Source: Entomortierella parvispora E1425
Lineage: Eukaryota; Fungi; Mortierellomycota
DNA length: 64,000 nt
Direction of reading: 5' to 3'
Assembly: GCA_020891255.1 (NCBI GenBank)
Contig: BQFW01000001.1
Coordinates: 2,232,001 to 2,296,000 of the forward strand
The notes below the pieces were generated by a model. That model had not been told where the DNA came from. It worked only from the letters and a program-made list of their open reading frames with translations, and did no database searches. Every line of letters starts with the position of its first letter. The stretch's first letter is position 1. Below, piece by piece: positions 23,192-35,443 of the stretch. Both the position numbers and the translations under genes were made by a program.

Positions 23192-25918
23192 ATGGTGAAA
23201 ACAGATTTGTTAAAGGCGTTGACCGATGAGATCCCGAAGTGGCCCATAGCCAATAAGAAGGGAACCGAAGCTTCCGCTCGAGCATGGATCCGCGAGCTAG
23301 GAGACTTTTGGGCCGACGAAGGATTTTCGTTCCAGCTGTATGTGGTTCGGAGCAAGTTAGACGACCCCACGAAGAGTTGGTTGGCATGGTGGAGACACGC
23401 TGTCCCCGAGAATGAACAGAACTGGACCAAGTTAGTAAAGGATTTCGCGCAAGAACATGTCCAGGAACGTACCCCCGCCACGACCAAAGCAGAGATTATG
23501 AGAATGACCCAAGGAGACAAAGAGCCTTCGGACGACTACGTTAAACGGTTGGAGCTGAAGTTAGCAATGCTGCCGAAGGACGAGGATGGGAAATACAAAC
23601 TGAGTCCAGATGAAGAGGAGATGATCGCCCTTCAGTTTTGTACCGGTCTCCATCGCGATCACAAGTTCAAGACGAGGAACACAGAGCCATCCAAGACTAT
23701 TGCCGAAACGATCAAGAATGTATCCAAGCTGGGAGAGGTCAACCGCTGGGAGGACGTTCCCGACAGGCAGCGTGAGCTGAGAGATAGGAACTGGTCGGAA
23801 GAGACTCCAAGCCAAGGAGACAATATTTTGTTGGGTACCACGTCGGTATCGCGACCGCAGTTCGCTCGCTTCAAGAACGATTTCGGGAAAGAAGTTATCA
23901 ACAATGCATCAGATATTGACGACTTGGTCAAGTTGTTTGGGGCCTGGACAATCACCGACTTCACCGAAACCAAGCCAGAGAACCGAGTTACTGAAGCGAT
24001 CAAGCGGCTCGATGTCAACGTTGCCCGAAGAGTACTTCACAACACTTCGTTATCGAGGCATGTGTCGTTGGCGAACATCCCGCCGCCGCCCGCGCCTCCC
24101 ATACAAGGTAATCCGAACAGTGGAGCGGCTGTAGTCCTGGGGGGGTCTTATCCACCTTGCCCCGAATGCAACCAGATGGGACATGGGCGAACCCGTTGCC
24201 CCCGAGTGGAATGTCGCAATTGTGGCCAGCTGGGTCATATTTCGTATAACTGTCCAAACAACAGAGCGAACACAACGGTTGCACAAACAGAGCTGAATTC
24301 GAGAGCAGAGCAAGATTCGTCGAGGCGGGTTCGATTTGTTAATGGAGACGAAACCACTAGTACTCTTGTGACCACGAGAGCCACGGGACGAACAGCACCA
24401 GTTTCAGGGACTCTGCAAAGAAATAGTGCAGATCGGAGCAGTGTGCCAACGGGGATAGGATCCCAGAGGAGAGCCGAGACCGCAGGGGTAGCGCCACCTA
24501 TTCGAAGAATGGATGTGGACCCAGAGGTCGAACAGGAACAACCACAGGAGGGACCCCAGATGCCGAGAAAGCTAAAGATCAAGGAGATTGCCGCAATGAA
24601 GTTGAGGAAAGTTCGCATTCCAGTTGTGCCAGACCCCGAGATCATACGACAAGTCGAAGAGTTAGAATTCGACCCTGAGATCGTGGACAAGCACCGAGGA
24701 AGGATGGCCCCACAATTGAAGGCTGCCATAGGAGCGATTTGGACGGAGCGTCGAAACAAACGCAAGGTTGCCAAGGAGAAGCGAGGAGTAACGTTCGCGA
24801 ATCGCGCCAGTGTTCAAGCGGGAGACCAGGTTACGGCATGGATAGGCCACCACCGATTGGACAACTGCATTGTCGACCCAGGCAACGAGAAGACAATGAT
24901 TTCAGAGCATGCTGCCAGGCAAGTTGGTCTGGAGGTGCGTGCCACCGTAAACCAGATCAGACAGGCCGACGGGAAACCTATTTCCTTGGTGGGCACTACC
25001 GGACAATTTACATTCTCGGTAGCTGGCACCGAGGTAGAGATGAGTAGAGGTATGAACGTCATCGACTGCAAGCGATCGTATGATATGTTGCTTGGTGACG
25101 ACTGGCTGAAAGCTGTCCGTGCGAAAGGGAAGTGGACCAGCAACGCTGTGGCATACTACGTCACTCGGAATGGCAAGAAGGTCAAGCTAGGAATCGACCC
25201 CACTTTCGAGAGTAGCGATGACTCGAGCAGTGACGACTCAGGTAGCGAGGACGACGACAATATCTACCCGGTTTTTGACGAAGACGACGAAGTCGAGCAA
25301 GGCCACTCGTTGCGAGTGCAAGAGGTCCAGGTCGAGAGCAATGGAGTGATAGACGTCGTGAAGGAGTTGTCCCCCGAACAGCACAGTGAGGTCGACGTAC
25401 TATTAGAGTGCAACAAAGACCGATTCACCATGGATCTGAGCGAGTTGGAGGTCACCGACGTGTTTGAGCGTGAGATGAATGTCAGACCAGGGGCAAAACC
25501 GATCTATCCCACCGGATGCAGACAGTACGCGCCGAAGGAAAAAGAATACACGAAAAAGAATCTCGACGAGGAATTAGAGACTAGCAGGATCATTCCTACG
25601 GAATCTGAATGGTGCGCACCCTTGTCCTTTGCACCAAAGGAAGATGGCAACATTCGGAAGTGTGTCGCGTATATCGGATTGAGCAAAGTAACCGAGCGAG
25701 GAAGCTGGCTCATCAGAGACAAGACGGCCGGGAGCGTTACCACAGTATTGTTCCAGCGCGTCCTTTGCAGATTTGATATGCCTGACACCATTCGAACAGA
25801 TGGTGGATCAGCGTTCAGGACCGAGTTCAAAACAATATGTGAGCTGTCCGACACCCAACACTTTGTGGGGTCCACAAAAGAAGCACACAGTCAGGGGGTC
25901 AGTGGAAGCGATGAATAA
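23192..25918 (+). CDS. Gag-protease-truncated RT/integrase fusion ORF of the retrotransposon (908 aa)
   Basis: Two CCHC knuckles (CPECNQMGHGRTRC, CRNCGQLGHISYNC). Retropepsin-like IVDPGNEKTMIS...YDMLLGDDWL. RT N-terminal motif SEWCAPLSFAPKEDGNIRKCVAY, followed directly by integrase-core RDKTA...CRFDMPDTIRTDGGSAF. Confidence 0.9.
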   Translation: MVKTDLLKALTDEIPKWPIANKKGTEASARAWIRELGDFWADEGFSFQLYVVRSKLDDPTKSWLAWWRHAVPENEQNWTKLVKDFAQEHVQERTPATTKAEIMRMTQGDKEPSDDYVKRLELKLAMLPKDEDGKYKLSPDEEEMIALQFCTGLHRDHKFKTRNTEPSKTIAETIKNVSKLGEVNRWEDVPDRQRELRDRNWSEETPSQGDNILLGTTSVSRPQFARFKNDFGKEVINNASDIDDLVKLFGAWTITDFTETKPENRVTEAIKRLDVNVARRVLHNTSLSRHVSLANIPPPPAPPIQGNPNSGAAVVLGGSYPPCPECNQMGHGRTRCPRVECRNCGQLGHISYNCPNNRANTTVAQTELNSRAEQDSSRRVRFVNGDETTSTLVTTRATGRTAPVSGTLQRNSADRSSVPTGIGSQRRAETAGVAPPIRRMDVDPEVEQEQPQEGPQMPRKLKIKEIAAMKLRKVRIPVVPDPEIIRQVEELEFDPEIVDKHRGRMAPQLKAAIGAIWTERRNKRKVAKEKRGVTFANRASVQAGDQVTAWIGHHRLDNCIVDPGNEKTMISEHAARQVGLEVRATVNQIRQADGKPISLVGTTGQFTFSVAGTEVEMSRGMNVIDCKRSYDMLLGDDWLKAVRAKGKWTSNAVAYYVTRNGKKVKLGIDPTFESSDDSSSDDSGSEDDDNIYPVFDEDDEVEQGHSLRVQEVQVESNGVIDVVKELSPEQHSEVDVLLECNKDRFTMDLSELEVTDVFEREMNVRPGAKPIYPTGCRQYAPKEKEYTKKNLDEELETSRIIPTESEWCAPLSFAPKEDGNIRKCVAYIGLSKVTERGSWLIRDKTAGSVTTVLFQRVLCRFDMPDTIRTDGGSAFRTEFKTICELSDTQHFVGSTKEAHSQGVSGSDE

Positions 25919-26564
25919 GCAGCTAGAAGAGAGATTGAGACTGACCTCCAGAGTGCCGCAGAACCAGCTGGACCAGTATTTGCCGCAGGCTGTGCCCGAC
26001 ATCGACAACCACGTTGAGGCAGCAACAGGAATGTCCCCGATGCAAGCGCTGATGGGATACATCGGGCAGTCGGCGTTGAGCCGACACCTGGCGCAACAAT
26101 GGCAAGAGGCAGCCCCTATTGCTGAGCAGTTGACTGAAGACCGAGAAGTGATGGCCAGATTTGCCTGTCAACGAGAAGGCATCCAGGAACAAGCGTATCT
26201 GAACCGTCTCAAGGCTAATGAGTGGACGAAGAGGTACTGCGACCTGAACGTTCGACCTGCCTCCTTCGAGGTTGGAGAACAAGTATGGGTGTATAACCTA
26301 TCTATCACGTCTGGATTTGGCCGCCAGTGGACACCGCGTTGGTTAGGACCATTCAAGGTAGCATGGGTAGGAAAGGCAGGGTCCTACGGCGTGCGCACGG
26401 GAGGACCAAATTATGATATTATTAATGGTGTGGAAAAGTTGAATAGAGATATGTTAAAGAGGTGGTGGGAAGAAGAGCGCATTGAAGATGTGAACTGCCA
26501 GAGGCCGGGTTCACATCTTGGGGGGGTGTTGATGGCCAAGACGGTACGATACACCCTTAAGTAG
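25890..26564 (+). pseudogene. Frameshifted integrase C-terminal part
   Basis: VEAMNKQLEERLR...ATGMSPMQALMG...FEVGEQVWV...PRWLGPFKV (GPY/F motif) lies in another frame after a G5 run at 25894-25898. The stop falls inside the 3' LTR. Confidence 0.8.
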
Positions 26565-26829
26565 AACCACTATATGTAGTTGCTCGCACGGCGTGGCCCT
26601 CTGCTCTTTATCCGTCTTATTCCACATTGATCGATACTGACAGAGGCCAGCACGGCGACCCTTAGGTAGCCCTCTCGTTATTTATTATTACCAATACATG
26701 ATCCGTCTTATTCCACATTGATCGATACTGACAGAGGCCAGCACGGCGACCCTTAGTCTGATTCTCACTCGTCACCTAGGATTGCCATATCCCGCACAGC
26801 GCCCCTCAAGCCTGCCCCCGTACGCAACA
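26527..26829 (+). repeat. 3' LTR (303 bp)
   Basis: Same sequence as 22853-23155, preceded by a G-rich PPT. Confidence 0.95.
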
Positions 26830-27052
26830 AGTCCAGCTGGCCCATGCTCGCGGGGTTGGTTCCTCCCCCCCCCCCTTGCCTGGCTGTGGTCACCGCCTTT
26901 TCTTTCTTTGTATTCGTCCCTGACTCCGTACCTGCCTGCCTGCTTGTTGCCCTTCTGCCTGCATAGCCTATGCATGTGCATTCTTTCTCTTCTACGCCAT
27001 CAATCCTCTCGTTCATCAAGACCCGTCTCCATCCTTTGATCCCCGTGTGCCC

Positions 27053-29231
27053 ATGCCAGACCAGGTCCTCACCGAGGAAAACCTCGCTCTGCACACAGAG
27101 CACCACAAGAAGCTGGTTCAGAAACGAGACTTTGTGGCCGAGTTTATTCAACAACTTGTCCCCACGTCCCTTCCTAGGGTAAACCCCATCCGAGAGGCGC
27201 GTCTGTCCGATGAGGGCGTCGCTATCCTTCGCCACGTCCAGCCCAAGACAAAAGAGCAGCAACCAACCGCGTCTCCACTCCAAGAGCAGTCTGCAATTCC
27301 CACAGCAAACGCCAAGCTTGTTGTCAAGAAGAAGAGACGTGTTCGTAAAGAGACGCCAACCACTCTGGAGAAGCAGCGGCAAGTTGGCGCATCCGCTTTG
27401 GAATCGGATGACCATCCCGCAATCGTTTACAAGGGAAAGGGAAAGCGGAGGTCACCTTCAGATGCAATAGAACTTGATGTGGGAAACTTGGCTATTGATG
27501 ATGTCGCCGATGCAAAGGCGTATTCTACTCAAGCGAGACAAGGCCCATCAGGTACGCTCTTTTTGGTCCTTTTATTGATGGTGAAGGTTGCATGGGTGGG
27601 TAAAAGCGCATGTTATTCATTTTTGACTTTACTCACCTGTCCAAAGTCATTAATGACCACAGTCGAAACCTGGCCCGACCACGACGATCAAGGAGACTTC
27701 TTGCAGCAAGCCGTCGAGGAAAGTCTTGATGGACACGGTCACCTGAGAGAGCCCCTGGAGGAACATGTCAACGAAAGTTCATCAAACCCACATCACAGAC
27801 ATCGTCAGCGTCACCATCGTCACGATCGCCACATCCAACGTAATCTTGATCGCTATGAATCCTCCAAGGTTCAAGCCTTGCAAGAAACCAGGATCGCAAA
27901 GCCTAATAGAAATAAACCACGCAAGATCTTAACCCAAGGCTCTCTGGTCATGAACGTAAGAATGTTCACCGATGAACAAAGGTGGAAAAGTGTGCTTGGA
28001 GCTAAATCTAGCCTCTCGATCTCGTGTCTTGTTGCTCCCGCACTTAGCAATTTGAATCCTCGAAAGTCGCAAAAGACAGGATTACTGCAAGTTCAACGTC
28101 AGATATCATTTGTATTCGAGACAATAGTGCCATGGTCTGCAGGCTAACAGCGCCAGTGGCACTGGTGCCGGATTTAGATTACAAACACAACAAGTCGACT
28201 TGGCATTTTCAAGAAAGGAAAAGCTTCTACAAGAGTCGCCGTCAGCAAAGGTGATTTGCCCTACTATGAGATATGACAACGAGAGAAATGACCGTTAACT
28301 ATCCAGGTTTTGTAGACCGGGGGTTTTCTGAGAGCTCATTTCTCAACCGTCGTGATGATTCGCGGCACGATGACAGCCGCCCAGAGCCAATCGAAATCAT
28401 TACTTCCAGTTATTTTGATCCGAAGGAGTCTCGTACTGGTACTGAAGATGTGATGACTTTCAATCGCAGTGGCTCAAAGGAGAGCTCCAGCTCCATCCGC
28501 AACGGCGAGAGAGATTCAAACTGCAGTCTGGGAAAGGGAAGGAAGCGACAGGCGAGCTGCGACTCAGATCTCGACCACCATATAGCCAAGAAGAGAGGGG
28601 GGCATCAGAAATGCAATGACTCTATGTCTCGAGCATCGTGGGATGACCAGGCATCTTGGTCTTCTCCAGAAAGCACTAGGGAAACTGCGTTTGTTGCCCA
28701 CGAGCAGCAGGAATCCGTTGACGGAGTTGTAGGCTACGAAAGGTGAGACAGTTAGAGTTATCTCTTCGAAGGAGTTCCTTCTGAAAATTAACCATTTTGT
28801 CGTTACACCACTGCATTAGCATGGACTCGAATCACGGCCTACAACTACCTCTACAAGTCGACGAGACTCATGCCCGTGGCAACCATGGAGCGTCAGCCGT
28901 TCCTTTGACCTTCGAATCGACAGAACCAGCGATATACTATTATGAAACACCTCAGGATTATATCCAGTATGGCGCTGTAGACCGCCCTTACCCTACCCCG
29001 ATGGACTGTCCTCCAGACTCAATGCTCGTCCCTGCCTTTTGGGCGGATATCTGGCCATCACAGGTTGCCGAACAACAATATGCACCTATCTCGGACAAGG
29101 ATTCCCGTCCGCCTGCCGAGAGGATTAATGAGAAGGACTACTTTCCAGAGGACCCAGAAGACGTCGCGATCCGTGCCTGCTCCCAGCCGCCTCGAGTGCA
29201 GTTCAATTGGAGACCGCGACGCCTGTACTGA
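27053..29231 (+). CDS. Hypothetical low-complexity protein (about 5 exons), no recognisable domain
   Basis: Long ORFs 27047-28147, 28273-28746 and 28797-29231 can be linked by plausible GT-AG introns. No family recognised. Confidence 0.55.
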
Positions 29232-29449
29232 AACGCGAGGTCCAGCGAAATTAAAAAAAAAAAAAAAAAAAAAATCACGTGCTTGAAATGTATGTGTGGC
29301 TTTGAGACTGTCCAGCGCAGCCAGGTGTGTTTTGATTTTTTTCTTTTGAGAGAGGCGAAGCAGCATTGCGTGCATGCAACGTCTTTCCATCGTGCCTCCT
29401 TGCCTCATTCATTGACCGAACCGCTGCAGACCGTCGCCCTCTAGACATC

Positions 29450-32400
29450 ATGAAGGAACAAGTTCTGGAGCAGGCGCCAAAAAAGATGTAATTCACCCGC
29501 TTTTGCTCCCTCCCTCTACTCAATGTCTGCCTCTGCCCCTCTCGCTGTTTCTTTTCACTTGACCTTGAATATTCCCCCACTCTCTGTTGCCTTGCCCCCC
29601 TTTTCGCTGTGTCCAACCAGACGCTGTGCCCCCGAGAAATATGGGAAAATATACATGGATCTAACTGAGCGTACTTCTTCTGCAACCCTTTAGCAAGCAG
29701 ATCCAGTTTGGCGTGCTGTCGCCTCAGGAGATCGTCAATGTCTCCGAGTTCGAGGTCACTCAGCGTGATCTTTACACAGTGCAGGACCGCCAGCCTGTCA
29801 AATATGGAATGCTCGATTTGAGACTGGTAAAGAACAGGAATTTCCCGTCATCATGTTTTCTGAAAACCAAAAGTGGGCCGTGCCATGGATGCATAATCAG
29901 GAACCGATAATTTACAGCTGCAAGATAGTTTGGCTGCGGCAGCAGACAATGCAAATATGAATCATATTAACCTGTACCTTTTTTCTTTTCTTGCTATGAT
30001 CTGTAGGGAACATCGGATAAACAAGCTACATGCGAAACTTGTGGATTGAAGCAACAGGATTGTATTGGACATTTCGCCCATATTAAGCTGTGTCTGCCCG
30101 TTTTCCACATTGGATACTTTAGAGCCGCTATCGTCATTCTCCAGAACATTTGCAAGGTACGCTACAAGACGTTCTATACAATAGTCGTGCTCTCTTGGCT
30201 TATGACTGTCAGCATGGAAGTCAACTCTGGTACTAATCTGGTCCGTACCATTCATAATTTCTGTGATAGACTTGCAGCAGAGTGTTGCTCTTGGAGAACG
30301 ATCGTCGTGCATACCTCAAAAAGTTGCGCGCACCCAACCTGGAGAATTTGACCCGAAAGAACGTTGTGAAAGCTGTCAACGAAAAGTGCAAGAAAATAGT
30401 TCATTGCCCTTACTGCGAAGCGATTAACGGTATGATCACATTATCCATGCATGTTGAAAACAACTGAAGCTTGTTCACTCACGACATTTTGAATGTCCGT
30501 ATCATGTAGGAACTGTCAAGAAGGTTGGAGCTCTCAGGATTGTGCACGAGAAATACAGAGCCAAGAAGGTCGCAGAAGACTATGAAAAGTTCAAGGATTC
30601 CTTCAACAATGCGATCAGCAGCACCCCTGAAATTAAGGCCCACGTTAATAAGGCTCAAGAGGATATGAACCCGTTGAGAGTCCTGAATCTGTTCAAGGCC
30701 ATTACGGACGAGGTTAGTGAAGAAAAAAAATGGAATTTTCTTATTCGCAGCGTGGCTCATGTGCTTATGAGTTTTCTCTATTTTCTCTAGGATTGCGAGC
30801 TCTTGGGAATGAACCCAGATATCGGTAGACCGGAAATGTACCTGTGGCAGAATATCTCTGTCCCTCCCGTGTGCATTCGTCCCTCAGTTCAGCAGGATGG
30901 AGCCAGTAACGAAGATGACATCACGGTCAAACTCACTGAAGTTATCTTCACGAACGCCCATATGAAAGCTGGACTTGATGGGGGTATTGCAGTTCATAAC
31001 TTGATGGTACGGACGAAAATATTCGAAAGTTGTTTAGAAGCATCTGCAGGATCTCAAAAAAATCTAACGTTTCTGCTTTTATCTTGATATAGGAACAATG
31101 GGATTTCTTGCAACTCTCTGTCGCCATGTATATCAACAGTGAACTTCCAGGAATCTCCAACCTGCAGCCTGGAAAGCCAGTCAGAGGATTCTGTCAGAGA
31201 TTGAAGGGAAAACAGGGACGATTCCGTGGAAATTTGTCAGGAAAGCGTGTGGATTTCTCTGGACGTACAGTCATTTCGCCCGATCCCAACTTGCGTATTG
31301 ACCAAGTCGCGGTGCCCGAACTGGTGGCAAAGAACCTGACCTACCCTGAGCGTGTCACCTCCCACAACATTAACCGACTTCGCAAAGCCATCACTAATGG
31401 AACCGAGATTCATCCAGGCGCCAACTATGTTACCCTGGGCAACAGCAACATGAAGAAGTCGCTCAAGTTTGGTAATCGCGCCCAAATTGCTTCCGAGATT
31501 CAGATTGGAGACTTGGTCGAGCGTCACTTGAACGACGGAGATGTTGTGCTTTTCAACCGTCAACCCTCACTTCACAAGCTCTCCATCATGGCTCATTACG
31601 CCAAGATTCGACCCTGGCGTACATTCCGTTTCAACGAGTGTGTCTGCAATCCTTATAACGCCGATTTCGACGGAGATGAGATGAACTTGCACGTTCCTCA
31701 AACTGAGGAGGCTAGGACAGAGGCTATCGAATTGATGGGTGTTAAAAACAACTTGGTTACCCCCAGAAACGGAACCCCTCTGATTGCAGCCATTCAGGAT
31801 TTCATCACAGCATCGTATCTGATTACCCAGAAGGATCTCTTTTACGACCGCGCCCAGTTTGTCCAGATTTGTTCTTATCTGGGCGACGCCGAGATGAAGA
31901 TCGATATCCCTCCCCCTGCCATTATCAAGCCCGCTATGCGCTGGACTGGCAAGCAGATCATTGGTTGTTTGCTCAAGCCCACAAGGGACTCCAAGGTGAA
32001 CGTGAACTTGGAAGCCAAAACAAGATCCTATGACAAGGCCAAGAGACCGGTCATGGACATGTGCAACAACGATGGATACCTGGTCATTTACAACAGTGAG
32101 ATCATGTGTGGTGTCTTGGACAAGTCGATTGTCGGAGATGGCAACAAGAGTTCGCTCTTCTACATTGTCATGCGTGACTATGGTTCGATTGAGGCCGCCA
32201 AGTGTATGAACCGCCTTGCAAAGCTTTGTGCTCGCTGGTTGGGTACAGTCGGATTTTCGATTGGTATCAACGACGTGCAGCCTGGCGAGATTTTGGCTGC
32301 CAAGAAGAATGATCTTGTCCAGAACGCTTACGCTCACTGCGACGATCTCATTTCGCGCTCTTTGAACGGTCAACTGGAGAATCAGCCTGGGTGCGATATT

Positions 32401-34466
32401 GAACAGACACTGGAGTCCTTGATTTCCGGAGAACTGTCCCAAGTTCGTGACAAGGTCGGAGATATCTGTTTGACAGAGCTCAACAAGTACAACTCTCCTT
32501 TGATCATGGCAACCTGCGGTTCCAAGGGTATGATACTGATAATATGAATGGCCTGACTTTTTTTGACAGACATTATATCTCCAGTGATCTAACCCCCCTT
32601 GCTTTCTTTCCATTAGGTTCCAAGATTAACGTCTCTCAGATGGTTGCTTGTGTCGGTCAGCAGATTATTAGTGGAAAGCGTATTCCAAACGGTTTCCAGG
32701 ACAGATCTCTGCCTCACTTCTTGAAGAACTCAAAGATCCCCCCAGCCAAGGGTTTCGTCCGCAACAGTTTCTACAGTGGCTTGACCCCTACAGAGTTCTT
32801 TTTCCACGCTGTCTCTGGTCGTGAAGGTCTGGTCGATACCGCTGTCAAGACAGCCGAGACAGGTTATATGCAGCGTCGTTTGATGAAGGCATTGGAGGAT
32901 TTGACAACCCACTACGATCTTTCGGTCCGCAACTCTGTCGGTAACATTATCCAGTTCACCTACGGAAGTGACGGTTTGGATCCTGCAGTCCTGGAGGGCA
33001 ATGGTACCCCTGTTCTTTTTGAGCGCAACTTTGTCAGCACCCTTCATATCCTCCCCGTTACCCCATCCGATGTCAGATTGCTTCCTTGGCAGATCACGGA
33101 ATACGTAGACAAGGTTGTGGCGACACCAAAATGGTCCAAGAACTGCTCAAAGGAGTTTATCGATTCGGTCTTGATGTTTGTCAAGAACCATGTTGCCGGA
33201 AAGCTCCAGAGGATCCGTGAAGCGTATGACTTGATGTCAGGGGAACACAACCCTGGTGAGGAGTACGAGGATATGGATATGGACGAGGATGTAGATGAGG
33301 ATGTGAAGAAGGTTGTCAACAACAAGATGTCGGTTACGGAACGTCAGATGGAGCGATTCTTGTATATCTGCTGGGACAAGTTCATGAAGGCCAAGATTGA
33401 GCCAGCCTCGGCTGTTGGTGCTGTCGGTGCTCAGTCGATCGGAGAACCCGGTACTCAGATGACGTTGAAGACTTTCCATTTTGCTGGTGTCGCCTCTATG
33501 AATATTACACTGGGAGTACCCCGCATCAAGGAAATTATCAACGCCGCCAAGGTCATTACGACGCCCATTATCACGACGCGTCTGGTCAACAACACTGATG
33601 TCAAGGCTGCTCGTATTGTGAAGGGAAGAATCGAAAAGACGATGTTGGGCGATATCGCCGAGTTTATCGAGGAGGTTTACAAGCCGGACGAGTGCTACAT
33701 TGGAGTGCGTCTGGACATGGAAGCGATCCGCCGTTTGCAGCTCGAGACAGATTTGGATGAGGTGGCCAAGGCTATTGGATTGGCTCCTAAGCTCAAGATT
33801 GGTACAAGCAACGTGCAGTCGCACAAGCCAGACCGTCTTCGTATCTACGTGAACTCCAAGGATCCTGCTGGACCTTACTACGCCATCAAGCAATTGAAGC
33901 GTGCTCTTCCTGACATCATCATCAAGGGCTTGCCTCAGGTCAACCGTGCTGTTATTAACGAGATCCAAGGAAGCGGTGGCAAGAAGGAGTTGCTTGTGGA
34001 AGGTTATGGTCTTCGTGACCTGATGAACACAGAAGGTGTTGTGGGTACCCAGACCCGATCCAACCACGTCATGGAGGTGTGGAAGGTCCTTGGTATCGAA
34101 GCTGCTCGTCGTACGATTCTGGATGAGATCAAGAGTGTCATGGATTCTCACGGACTGACGATTGATCCACGCCACGTTATGTTGTTGGGTGATATCATGA
34201 CTTCCAAGGGTGAGGTTTTGGGTATTACCCGCTTCGGTATCGCCAAGATGAAGGACAGTGTGATGATGTTGGCATCGTTCGAGAAGACGACGGATCACTT
34301 GTTTGAAGCCTCGCTCTACTCGAAGAAGGATGCCATCGAGGGAGTCTCTGAGTGCATCATCATGGGTATCCCCATGTCGATTGGTACTGGATTGTTCAAG
34401 CTGATCAAGAGGGATGATGCTCAGGACCGGATCCCCATTCGCCGCAAGCTGCTCTTTGATCCGTAG
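29450..34466 (+). CDS. RPC1: RNA polymerase III largest subunit Rpc1 (POLR3A)
   Basis: MKEQV...[39 protein letters not shown], catalytic [62 protein letters not shown]. No Pol II CTD heptads; [13 protein letters not shown] is typical of Pol III. Confidence 0.96.
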
Positions 34467-34778
34467 GGGAGTCGATGACAGCCTCATCAAAGCTGATTGT
34501 ACAAAACAAACAAAAAACATTAAAAAAATCGTTTGCATTGAACTGTTCAAGGGTTTGGGATCTGCATCCTGCTCCGAGGGCGTTGCAGCCAGTGTTGCAC
34601 CAAAGGAATCCAACTTTGACAATTTTATCCGTCATGTCTACTCTCGCCTTTGTGCCTTTTTTTTCTTCCTTTTCTCTTTCCTTCTCTTCCTTCCTCTTCT
34701 CCCCTTCCTCGCTCTCCCTCTTTTTTCTTCTTCGCTTTCGTTCTCACCGAACCTCACACCCCCCCCTTTTCAATATGA

Positions 34779-35443
34779 ATGACTATCCTTCTTGCAATAT
34801 CCCTTGGCTGGGCAAGGTCCTCAGCGACTATTCCATCGGTACTCAAGTATATCCAAACCAGTATTTCCCTTCATATCAAAATAAATTTACCTGGCTTGCC
34901 TGGTATCAATTTTGCTGCCAAGATTCTTCTGGCAATTGTACAACGGGCATCTCAGAGAACCGTCCGTACGCTGCTGCGACATGTGGTGCTGGCAGCATCG
35001 GTACGCCTGTTCCATCAGACTCCAAACCACCTCGACCTCGTCCTGTTTTTGTTACCAAGACGGCATCCTTACCAACACCCGAACGCTGCCCTGTTGTCCG
35101 GTTCTGTTAAACCAATGAGCCATCAATTCCGCAGTGAACATGATTTATGGTGTCGATGTGCTGCCGGGCTTCAGGCAAGTACTCTGAAGACGTTGATAAG
35201 TGGTTCGTGTGGATATATCTCGTGCCGCATGGGGAATTACCGCAATGTTTGTATCCTCCTGGACCTGGGCGGACATATCCTAATGACCAGCGTTACCAAG
35301 AAGGCACGCTTGCGAACACACGAAACATCCCATGCTGCAACCCAGCTCTATCCTCGTTTCTTACAGGGACTGGAGGATGCATCTCCTCTCGTGGATCATC
35401 TAGCAATAGTCAAATGTACTGTCTTGATTCTTGCAATGTGTAA
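34779..35443 (+). other. Possible small secreted Cys-rich protein gene or relic with a duplicated module
   Basis: Signal-like MTILLAISLGWARSSA at 34779. Duplicated segment YQDGILTNTRTLPCC (35053) / YQEGTLANTRNIPCC (35294) with synonymous third-position differences. No clean gene model obtained. Confidence 0.3.

Larger units (their letters stand above)
22853..26829 (+). mobile_element. Ty3/Gypsy LTR retrotransposon, internally deleted (non-autonomous), 3977 bp
   Basis: Two 303-bp TG...CA LTRs that appear identical. 4-bp target-site duplication AGTC at 22849-22852 and 26830-26833. G7 polypurine tract at 26520-26526. Domain order gag-PR-(RT fragment)-(INT C-half). Confidence 0.95.

Noticed and set aside
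26300-26564. Chromodomain at the integrase C-terminus (chromovirus)
   Set aside because: After the GPF motif the ORF runs into the LTR without a recognisable chromodomain (no YLVKW-type motif).
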